Source: an uncultured Methanosarcinales archaeon
Lineage (GTDB): Archaea > Nanobdellota > Nanobdellia > Woesearchaeales > UBA119
Length of the DNA: 32,241 bases
Reading direction: 5' to 3'
Assembly (NCBI GenBank): GCA_964580745.1
Contig: CAZOKS010000004.1
Coordinates: forward strand, 1 to 32,241
The notes below the pieces were generated by a model that searched no databases, was not told the origin of the DNA, and saw nothing but the letters and a program-made list of their open reading frames with translations. This document shows, one piece after another, positions 24,756-32,169 of this stretch. The position numbers and the translations under genes were made by a program. Positions within the stretch are counted from its first letter, which is position 1. Every line of letters starts with the position of its first letter.

Positions 24756-24881
24756 TTGTTATCTTTTAATTCATTTTATCTTTCTTGTTGTTCAAATAGA
24801 GTTATAACATTCTAAACAATAGAAAACTTATTAAAACCATGCTAGAAAGATAATAAATTGTTTTTTTGGTTGTTATCTTTT
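24756..24881. repeat. Four copies of the 8-mer TTATCTTT (3 direct, 1 inverted) upstream of nrdJ. This includes a 12-nt direct repeat TTGTTATCTTTT.
   Basis: Direct copies lie at 24759-24766, 24776-24783 and 24873-24880. The inverted copy AAAGATAA lies at 24846-24853. The 12-mer TTGTTATCTTTT occurs at 24756-24767 and 24870-24881. The 10-bp arms TTATCTTTCT (24776-24785) and AGAAAGATAA (24844-24853) are complementary. Confidence 0.45.
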
Positions 24882-24911
24882 TCAAATCTATTAAAAATTA
24901 AAACATGGGGG

Positions 24912-27575
24912 ATGAAGATTTCATTAAATAAAGAATTCTCTTTGCCAGGTAAGGTTGTAAAAAGGAACGGTTCTTTGGCTGACTTTGACACTGATAAGGT
25001 TAGAAGAGTAGTAGGTTTAGGTCTCAAGAATGTTAACAAGTATTCTCAGAAAGCGGAAGATGAGATTTTAGAAAAGGTTCTTGCTACTATCGAAGAAATT
25101 TTTGCAAAGAAGGACAAGAATAAGATTCCTACGGTTGAGCAGATTCAGGATATTATTGAAATCTCTTTCATGAAAGCAGGGATGTTTGATGTTGCCAAAT
25201 CTTTTATCCTTTTTAGAGAAAGGAAGTCAGCAATTCGAAAGGAGAAGATGAGGCTTTTAGGCAAGAATAAACTTAATGAGCTGGAAAAGAGATTCTCAGT
25301 GAACTCTTTAAAGCTGCTAGCAGGGCGATATCTTGAGAGGGATGAGAACGGCAGGTTGAAGGAGAGCCCCAAGCAATTGTTTGAAAGAGTTGCTCTTCTA
25401 GCAGTGCTGGGAGATGTTGTTTTCTCTCCCGATTTATATTCTAAAGAACCCAATTATGATAAGAATACTGAAAGCGTAGATAAATACCTTAATGATTTTG
25501 AGAAATATCATAATGTTTTTTCAATAGGGCCTTATAATCTCACGAAATATCATTTCCGGCAATTCTGTAAGGCCTTTAAGAGGTTGAGGCAGAATGGACA
25601 TATGAAAAAGGACTTTAGTCAGCTAATAGCCCTTTGGAAGGAAGGTGGATTTGAGAAGTATGAGAAAAATGTTAATGAATATCTGGAGCTAATGGTTTCC
25701 CAGAGCATGATGCCTAATTCTCCGGCTTTGATTAATGCTGGAAGAAGATTCGGAATGCTTTCAGCCTGCTTTACTGTGAAGGTAGAAGATGACTTGGATT
25801 CAGTAATGAAGCTTGCAAGGGATATAGCCGTTATTCAGAAAAAAGGAGGAGGTACCGGAGTCAATTTCTCTACGCTCCGTCCTAAAGGCGATACTGTTGG
25901 CTCATTTAACGGAGTGGCAAGCGGTCCCACTTCTTTTCTGAATATGATTGATAAGATGGGTGATTCTATTAAACAAGGCAGTTTTAGACGTTCTACCAAT
26001 ATGGGCATACTAAACATAAATCATCCTGACATTGAATGCTTTATTAGGTTGAAGGAAAAGGATGGAACATATCCCAATTTCAATATATCTGTGGGGGTTT
26101 GGGAAGACTTTTGGCAATATCTAAAGGAAGGAAAGGAATATCCTCTTATAAATCCCCGAAATAATAATATACAAGCAAAGATAGAAGCAAAAACTCTGCT
26201 TGAGATGATAGCATATTTCGCATGGTCTACTGCAGATCCAGGAATGCTTTTCTTTGATAATGTAAACAGGAGGAATGTGCTTATCCCAGCCAAAGGCAAA
26301 AAGATTGATGTCACAAATCCCTGTGGAGAAGAACCCTTGTATCCGTATGAATCCTGCAATCTTGCAAGTGTCAACCTTGCTAATTTTGTTAAGAATGAAA
26401 AATTAGATTATCAATCATTTTCTAAAGCCGTAAGGACGACTGTCCGCATGCTTGACAATTTTCTGGAACTCAACAATTTTCCGATTCAAGAAGTGGAAAA
26501 GAATTCCCTCATTACCAGAAGAATTGGTGTAGGACTGATGGGTCTGGCAGACGCTTTTTACCTTTTAGGGATAAAGTACAACAGCCGACAAGGTTACAAC
26601 ATGATGAGCAGGGTGGCTGAAGCCTTAACCTATTATGCGTATGAAGAATCTGTTGACTTAGCTAATAAACGAGGCAGCTTCCCCCTCTTCTCCAAAACAG
26701 ATTATGTTAAGGGAGAATTGCCTATAGAGGGTTTCTACTCTCCGGAAGAATGGAGCCTGGATTGGAATACCCTAAGTGACAAGATAAAGAATGGAGTACG
26801 AAATGCAATGGTTACAACTGCTGCTCCAACTGGTTCTGTGAGCATGATTGCAGATACCTCAAGCGGTATAGAGCCAAACTTTTCTCTTGTATTCTCGAAG
26901 AATGTTACTGCCGGCAACTTTTTCTATCTAAACAGCATCTTTGAGAAGCGATTAAGGGAATCTAACCTCTTCTCTCAGGAATTGGTTGATAAGATTTCAA
27001 GCAATTATGGTTCTATACAAGGCCTTAAGGAGCTCCCTGATGCGTTCAAAAACGTTTTCGTTACAGCAATGGATATTCATTGGCTGGACCATGTTTTAGC
27101 TCAAGCCACTTTGCAGAGATGGATTACAGATAGTATAAGCAAGACAATCAATATGCTTAATGAAGCAACTGTCCAAGATGTTAAAGAGGCATATATTATT
27201 GCTCATGAGTTGGGATGTAAAGGCATTACCGTTTATCGGGACGGTTCGAAGTTCGCTCAAGTGTTAAAAATTGATTCAAATTCAAAATCAAAGCTTTTTG
27301 AGCTCTTGCCTTCCGAATACGCAAAGGAGAGGCTAAAGGAGATTCTCAAAAGCCAACCTTCCCTTGCCGCTTATATAAACCTTGAAGAAATCATTTCATC
27401 CAGGAGACCTAATCCCAGCAACCATCATAGGATGCAGAATCAGCAGCATAATTCCAGCATCAGTAAGCAAAAACCCAAGGATGACAAATGCCCTGAGTGC
27501 GGTTCTAACCTCATTGCAGAGTCAGGATGCATCAAATGCCTGAATTGCGGCTGGAGCAAATGCCTAATAGGTTAG
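24912..27575 (+). CDS. nrdJ: Class II (adenosylcobalamin-dependent) ribonucleotide reductase with N-terminal ATP-cone and C-terminal Zn-ribbon tail
   Basis: The ATP-cone is VVKRNGSLADFDTDKVRRVV. Core motifs are MMPNSPALINAG, LSACF, NPCGEEPLYPYESCNLASVNL and TTAAPTGSVS. The C-terminus is CPECGSNLIAESGCIKCLNCGWSKC. The track start at 24858 adds a hydrophobic, non-conserved extension. ATG 24912 is more likely. Confidence 0.92.
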   Translation: MKISLNKEFSLPGKVVKRNGSLADFDTDKVRRVVGLGLKNVNKYSQKAEDEILEKVLATIEEIFAKKDKNKIPTVEQIQDIIEISFMKAGMFDVAKSFILFRERKSAIRKEKMRLLGKNKLNELEKRFSVNSLKLLAGRYLERDENGRLKESPKQLFERVALLAVLGDVVFSPDLYSKEPNYDKNTESVDKYLNDFEKYHNVFSIGPYNLTKYHFRQFCKAFKRLRQNGHMKKDFSQLIALWKEGGFEKYEKNVNEYLELMVSQSMMPNSPALINAGRRFGMLSACFTVKVEDDLDSVMKLARDIAVIQKKGGGTGVNFSTLRPKGDTVGSFNGVASGPTSFLNMIDKMGDSIKQGSFRRSTNMGILNINHPDIECFIRLKEKDGTYPNFNISVGVWEDFWQYLKEGKEYPLINPRNNNIQAKIEAKTLLEMIAYFAWSTADPGMLFFDNVNRRNVLIPAKGKKIDVTNPCGEEPLYPYESCNLASVNLANFVKNEKLDYQSFSKAVRTTVRMLDNFLELNNFPIQEVEKNSLITRRIGVGLMGLADAFYLLGIKYNSRQGYNMMSRVAEALTYYAYEESVDLANKRGSFPLFSKTDYVKGELPIEGFYSPEEWSLDWNTLSDKIKNGVRNAMVTTAAPTGSVSMIADTSSGIEPNFSLVFSKNVTAGNFFYLNSIFEKRLRESNLFSQELVDKISSNYGSIQGLKELPDAFKNVFVTAMDIHWLDHVLAQATLQRWITDSISKTINMLNEATVQDVKEAYIIAHELGCKGITVYRDGSKFAQVLKIDSNSKSKLFELLPSEYAKERLKEILKSQPSLAAYINLEEIISSRRPNPSNHHRMQNQQHNSSISKQKPKDDKCPECGSNLIAESGCIKCLNCGWSKCLIG

Positions 27576-27608
27576 TTTATTAAGCTTGTTTACCCGTGCT
27601 TTAAAGCT

Positions 27609-28121
27609 TTAATCTCTTTTCTCCTTCTTAAGCCTATCAATTACAGGCTCGCTCATATCATACCTTTTGTAGATGCCTGATATAGAAGATATAAAGACCT
27701 CAACATCCTCTACATTCCGGCCCCACTGTTCCTTAAGCTTGATTATGAAATTCTCATAAGCCTTTAAGTCTTCATGCACAGAGATGATTACATCTGTCTT
27801 GCTGCCCATTCCCTCTCCTTTTATGAACATTACCACTTCAGGCAAATTCTTGACAAACTCAATCGTCTTAGAAAGTTCTTTTTTCTTGCTGTAATCCACC
27901 CACCTATAAAGAATGACTGCATTAACAGTCAACCCCAACTCTTCAAATCTTGTGTAAGTAGAGTAACCCTGAATGATGCCTCTTTTCTCTAATTTTTTCC
28001 TAATCCTTGCTACGCTTGGTCGAGAGGTTTTTATTTTTCGTGCAATCTCCTGATCGCTTTTCCTGCCGTTTTTAAGCAATTCTATCAAAACATCTTTTTC
28101 TCTCTTCGTGAGCTCTATCAT
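27609..28121 (-). CDS. Lrp/AsnC-family transcriptional regulator
   Basis: 170 aa. The HTH is LKNGRKSDQEIARKIKTSRPSVARIRKKLEKRGIIQGY. A RAM-like C-terminal domain follows. Confidence 0.88.
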   Translation of the reverse strand: MIELTKREKDVLIELLKNGRKSDQEIARKIKTSRPSVARIRKKLEKRGIIQGYSTYTRFEELGLTVNAVILYRWVDYSKKKELSKTIEFVKNLPEVVMFIKGEGMGSKTDVIISVHEDLKAYENFIIKLKEQWGRNVEDVEVFISSISGIYKRYDMSEPVIDRLKKEKRD

Positions 28122-28244
28122 AAAAAAATATAAGATACTTTTTGATATATAATATTTTCTTTTTTTGACTTTTAGTAACTTATTAAACTCTTTTTTGGGA
28201 CTAATATTTATTAATCAGTATCATTATACTACATTTAGGGGGTG

Positions 28245-28367
28245 ATGGAGATGCTATTTGAAGACGACAAGGGAACTCTATTAACAGATGAAGACGTGGA
28301 CAGGCTTTCTCCTTGGGAGATTGACTTGAGAAAGATACATGTCCACGACCAGGGATTTGCCGCATAG
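28245..28367 (+). CDS. Candidate 38-40-aa small protein, divergent from the Lrp gene
   Basis: My translation is MEMLFEDDKGTLLTDEDVDRLSPWEIDLRKIHVHDQGFAA*. A strong SD, AGGGGGTGA, ends at 28244, and the second ATG (28251) has ideal spacing. The ORF is shorter than the ORF-track cutoff. Confidence 0.4.
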   Translation: MEMLFEDDKGTLLTDEDVDRLSPWEIDLRKIHVHDQGFAA

Positions 28368-28505
28368 TATCTCTTTAATTCTTGTTTTCTTTTATCTCCT
28401 TTTTGATTTTTCCCGGATTTGCAATCTTTTTTTATCTACTACTTATTTCTTTAGTATTCCTTATCTATCCCTGATAAAAAACAAACTTTTAAAAACTCAA
28501 GTCTT

Positions 28506-28526
28506 ATCCCCTTGCTAATGGGGGAT
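28506..28526 (+). promoter_or_regulatory. 6-bp hairpin (ATCCCC / 9-nt loop / GGGGAT) that would occlude the SD of the 72-aa acidic ORF
   Basis: Positions 28506-28511 pair with 28521-28526. The SD GGGGGAT lies at 28520-28526 and the ATG at 28532. Confidence 0.3.
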
Positions 28527-28531
28527 TGAAA

Positions 28532-28750
28532 ATGCCAGAAGAAAATGAATTTGAATCTAATGAATCAGAAGATGAGATAAACGCAGATGACCTTCTGTAC
28601 GAAGCTCATCTAAAGGTTGATGCTCTTATCGAATTGCTGATTAATAAGAAGGTTATCTCTGAGGATGAGTACAACGATATGTACGAAAAACTCCTGAATG
28701 AGGATATCCAAGAGCATGAAGGCGAATCCGAAGAGGACGAGTCTGAATAA
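28532..28750 (+). CDS. Hypothetical very acidic 72-aa protein
   Basis: MPEENEFESNESEDEINADDLLYEAHLKVDALIELLINKKVISEDEYNDMYEKLLNEDIQEHEGESEEDESE. It has acidic tails around a short helical core. The track start is TTG 28526, and ATG 28532 follows an SD. Confidence 0.6.
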   Translation: MPEENEFESNESEDEINADDLLYEAHLKVDALIELLINKKVISEDEYNDMYEKLLNEDIQEHEGESEEDESE

Positions 28751-28760
28751 ACCTTAAATT

Positions 28761-28976
28761 TTATTTAAATTTATTTTCCTTTGAAAGTCCTTCAATCGCG
28801 CATCTAAGTTTCTCTATATTATTCTCCAAGCTTTGCTCAATCTCATCATACATCTGAACACTTAGTTCGTGGCCTGCTTCTTCTGCTTCTTTCTTGGCAT
28901 GATTTCTAACATACCACAAAGCCTTGCTTAAGATGTGCAATAACTTCACATATGAATAATTCTCATTGCTTAACAC
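28761..28976 (-). CDS. Hypothetical 71-aa helical protein
   Basis: The GTG start at 28976 is preceded by the SD GGGGTGG with a 5-nt spacer. The sequence is LLHILSKALWYVRNHAKKEAEEAGHELSVQMYDEIEQSLENNIEKLRCAIEGL. It converges on the acidic ORF with a 10-nt gap. Confidence 0.6.
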   Translation of the reverse strand: MLSNENYSYVKLLHILSKALWYVRNHAKKEAEEAGHELSVQMYDEIEQSLENNIEKLRCAIEGLSKENKFK

Positions 28977-29009
28977 TTAAACCACCCCATTACTTACTAT
29001 ATATGATTT

Positions 29010-29032
29010 TTCTTTTAAAACTTACGATTTTT
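29010..29032 (+). repeat. Copy 2 of the TTCTTTTAAA(A)CTT(CT)ACGATTTTT box. Copy 1 is at 6334-6357.
   Basis: It lies between the divergent TATA-like elements of the 71-aa gene (about 28996-29006) and the PPDK_N-like gene (29055-29064). Confidence 0.5.
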
Positions 29033-29097
29033 CGGATACACCCCTTTTTTCAAAAAATATTTAAGCAATTAGGACTCTTGGATTGTTAAGAGGTAGG

Positions 29098-30462
29098 ATG
29101 GAAATCAAGTGGCTTTCTCAAATAGAGAATGAAGAGATAGATAGCTTTGGGGCCAAAGCAGTCAAGTTTTCCCTTCTTTTAAGCAGGGATTTGCCAATCC
29201 CCCAAGGATTTGCTCTTTCTTTTGATTTCTTTGATGAATTCTTGAGAGAGAGTAAGGTTTTTGATTTCCTTAACCAAAAGATAATGACTGTTTCTTCTCA
29301 GAAGGATGCAAATAAATTATCCAAGGATATTAGAACGTATATCCAGATGTCAGCATTCCCAGAAGAAGCCCTTAATAAGATTCTTGGTTTTTATCATGCT
29401 ATTGATGTTTCATCAGAAGCTCAAGAAACCAGTGCAGATAAGCTTTTGAACTCAGCTTCTGATCCCTTAGTTGTGTTGAGGTTATCTTGTCGGCCTAAAG
29501 ACAAAAACATCGATTTTCCCGCAATCAGAAATATAAAAGGCGAGAAAGAGATACAAGCCGCCTTGCTTGAAGCCTTCTCATTTCTTTTCTCTTCTGAGAC
29601 AATTATAGAGATATCAAAATCAAGAAGATTGCCAAGGGTTGCTTTAATCTTTCAAAGGATGGTTAATTCAAAGAAGTCTGGATTTTGCCATTTTAAGAAA
29701 GACAAGCCTTTTGAGATATTTTCAACATTTGGATTGATTGATTCTATCAAGAAAGGAGAGGTTTACCCTGATATGTTTAGATTGGCTTATAAAAGCTTTA
29801 ACATCCTCTCAAGGCAGATTCATAAAAAGGAGATAGCATATTATAATGACCTCTTACAACACAAGATAAGAGAGGTTTCGGTAGAGGGAGATGATACAAA
29901 GGATCCTAGCATCACTTATAAGGAATTAAATGAGTTATATAATATTGCTAAGAGATTAAATTTAATTCTCAAAACAGATTTTGATTTTGAATGGGCTTTT
30001 GATAGCAAAGGCCTATGGATAATCAACTATGAGGTGAAACAAATGGCGGAAAAAGATGTATTCGATGTGATATTTGAAGAAGATGATGAACAGCAAATCT
30101 CTAACGAGGACTCAAATAGTGAAGCTCAGAGAGAGGATGATGCAAATATAGACGCAAGCGGAGAGACCAATCCTGAAACAGAGTCAGAAGAAAACTTGAA
30201 TCCGCAGCAAAGCGAGCAGGAACAAACCTATACGCAAGAACATGAGAAAGAGCAGGGTAATGAAGCATCATATCAAACCCAAGAGAATCAGCAGGAGCAT
30301 CAAGAAGTAAATCAAGAGCCCAATAAAGAACAGCTGAACTTTGATAAAATTAGCAATGCCTTTGACAAGGTAACGGATAAATATGCCAGAATAAATCCAA
30401 GTCTTAAAGATATTCTTGGGTTATACAAGGAGGATGTGCTTGAGGAATTAAGAAAAGAATAA
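29098..30462 (+). CDS. PEP/pyruvate-binding (PPDK_N, ATP-grasp-like) domain protein. It lacks the phosphohistidine and TIM-barrel domains and carries a long acidic E/Q/N-rich tail.
   Basis: The N-terminus is WLSQIENEEIDSFGAKAVKFSLLLSRDLPIPQGFALSFDFFDEFL, which fits the family pattern GgKa.nL..l...glpvP.GF.it...f. ALIFQRMVNSKKSGFCHF and GEVYPDMFRL correspond to the QxMV...SGV.FT and GevtPD blocks. Residues about 330-430 are low complexity (EEDDEQQISNEDSNSEAQREDD...QTQENQQEHQEVNQEPNKEQ). ATG 29098 follows the SD GAGGTAGG. The track start is TTG 29083. Confidence 0.8.
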   Translation: MEIKWLSQIENEEIDSFGAKAVKFSLLLSRDLPIPQGFALSFDFFDEFLRESKVFDFLNQKIMTVSSQKDANKLSKDIRTYIQMSAFPEEALNKILGFYHAIDVSSEAQETSADKLLNSASDPLVVLRLSCRPKDKNIDFPAIRNIKGEKEIQAALLEAFSFLFSSETIIEISKSRRLPRVALIFQRMVNSKKSGFCHFKKDKPFEIFSTFGLIDSIKKGEVYPDMFRLAYKSFNILSRQIHKKEIAYYNDLLQHKIREVSVEGDDTKDPSITYKELNELYNIAKRLNLILKTDFDFEWAFDSKGLWIINYEVKQMAEKDVFDVIFEEDDEQQISNEDSNSEAQREDDANIDASGETNPETESEENLNPQQSEQEQTYTQEHEKEQGNEASYQTQENQQEHQEVNQEPNKEQLNFDKISNAFDKVTDKYARINPSLKDILGLYKEDVLEELRKE

Positions 30463-30491
30463 ACTCAAGAGCAAATAAAGAGCCAAGATGG

Positions 30492-31475
30492 CTAAGATGA
30501 TGAAACAGGAACAAGCCTGCAGAAAATTCTGCTTAATGACTTGTGAATATATTGTGTCCAACTTTTCTCTATTTTGAAGCCTGCTTCTTTAGTTATTTTC
30601 TCAGCGTTCAAGAATCCTGGAAAAACCATTATGGCAACATTACAATAGCTACGAGCCCTTTCCAAAAACTGTTTAAAAAGTTCCTCCAGATTCCTCGTTT
30701 TCTTGGTATTCTTTCCATATGGAGGGTCAGTAACAATCAAATCACATCTCTCATCCAATTCAGTCGCATCTTTCTTCTCCAATTCAACCTTCAATCCAAA
30801 GAAATCAAGGTTCTTCTTAGCTCTCCCTAACATTGCTCCATCTATATCAAGCCCTTTAACCTTATAACCTAAAAGAGCAGCCTCAATTAGAATCCCGCCG
30901 CTCCCACAGAAAGGGTCTATCAGATAACCCCTTTTCACGCCGCTGATATTTATCAAAGCTCTCGCAATCTTTGGATGCATGCTTGAAGGATGAAGCGCAG
31001 GTCTCTTATCAGGCCTTCTCTCCTTGAAGCTATCTCTCTTCCAAATCTCTTTGCAGAGCCACATCTCTTCCGCTTCCTTTATTGCAATTAACTTTGTTGC
31101 AGGGTTAATCAGATTGGTTTTTGGAGTCAAATCCTGCTCTTTCAAAGCCAGCCAAACCTCGTCAGCAATCTTTCTTTCGTTTAGGACAGGCTTCCTTGTT
31201 TCATGCTTTCTAACACAGAAATTCTTATTATAGTATTTCCTCCATTCGACTTCCCTTATTCGCTCAAGGAAATCATCTTCTTGCGAACGAATAATAATCT
31301 GATACGCATTTGTTACCAATCCAAGTCTTTTAACTTCGTTTAACTTAATCAATCCTTTAAACAGCACAAACTTATCGGATAAACTTATACTCTGGCCGCA
31401 TATCCTATCCACTTCTTCTTTGCCTATGCCCTTGATAGTTCTGTCAACCTCAAATAAATATGCCATATTAGCCAA
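30492..31475 (-). CDS. THUMP-domain SAM-dependent tRNA (guanine-N2) methyltransferase, Trm11/Trm-G10-like
   Basis: 327 aa. Motif I is LIDPFCGSGGILIEAALLG and motif IV is VTDPPYG. The N-terminal part is THUMP-like. Confidence 0.86.
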   Translation of the reverse strand: MANMAYLFEVDRTIKGIGKEEVDRICGQSISLSDKFVLFKGLIKLNEVKRLGLVTNAYQIIIRSQEDDFLERIREVEWRKYYNKNFCVRKHETRKPVLNERKIADEVWLALKEQDLTPKTNLINPATKLIAIKEAEEMWLCKEIWKRDSFKERRPDKRPALHPSSMHPKIARALINISGVKRGYLIDPFCGSGGILIEAALLGYKVKGLDIDGAMLGRAKKNLDFFGLKVELEKKDATELDERCDLIVTDPPYGKNTKKTRNLEELFKQFLERARSYCNVAIMVFPGFLNAEKITKEAGFKIEKSWTQYIHKSLSRIFCRLVPVSSS

Positions 31476-31521
31476 ATGAATCCGTAATCTTTTTAATAGT
31501 TACCTTATTATTACGCTTAAA

Positions 31522-32169
31522 ATGGGAACCAAAAAACTATTTTATGATAATCCTTATCAATCAGAAGCAGATGCAGAAGTAGTAAAGATTGAGGGTAAAA
31601 AGGTTTGGCTTGATCAAACCATATTCTATGCTTTTTCAGGGGGTCAGGCATCTGACACTGGCACAATTGAAGACAGTAAGGTAATAGATGTTCAAAAAGA
31701 GAATGGCGAATTTGTCCATTTCCTTGAGGAAGAACCATCTTTTCAGGAAGGAGGCATGGTTCATCTAAAACTTGATTGGGAGAGACGATTCCATCTCATG
31801 CAGCTTCACACCGCAGCTCATATCGTACATAAAATATTTTCGGATAGGACAGGGATAAAGAAGCTTATCGGCTCTAATATCTCCCCAGAAAAAGCCAGAT
31901 TGGATTACTCTTATGAAGAAAATATAAATTCTTTCCTCCTGGAGATAGAGTCTGAAGTTAACAAACTAATCCAAAAAAAGATTGAAATAAAAACCTTTGC
32001 AGACAAGGATAATCCAGAAAAGAGATGGTGGCAGCTGGATTCAAAGGAGGATTGGAAGATGCCTTGCGGGGGCACACATGTGAAGAACACAAAAGAGATA
32101 GAAGCAATAAAGCTCAAACGCAAGAATATCGGTGCCGGCAAGGAAAGAATTGAGATTACTTTGGCTTAA
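31522..32169 (+). CDS. alaX: AlaX-type alanyl-tRNA editing protein (AlaX-M size class)
   Basis: 215 aa. The Zn-binding motifs are HTAAHIVH (HxxxH) and CGGTHV (CxxxH). The N-terminal beta-barrel-like segment is DQTIFYAFSGGQASDTG. Confidence 0.9.
   Translation: MGTKKLFYDNPYQSEADAEVVKIEGKKVWLDQTIFYAFSGGQASDTGTIEDSKVIDVQKENGEFVHFLEEEPSFQEGGMVHLKLDWERRFHLMQLHTAAHIVHKIFSDRTGIKKLIGSNISPEKARLDYSYEENINSFLLEIESEVNKLIQKKIEIKTFADKDNPEKRWWQLDSKEDWKMPCGGTHVKNTKEIEAIKLKRKNIGAGKERIEITLA

Noticed and set aside
24753-24911. Cobalamin riboswitch or NrdR boxes upstream of the B12-dependent RNR
   Set aside because: The region is only 159 nt, extremely AT-rich, and lacks a GC-rich B12-box-like core and paired helices. 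NrdR and riboswitch control are bacterial features, and there is no nrdR here.
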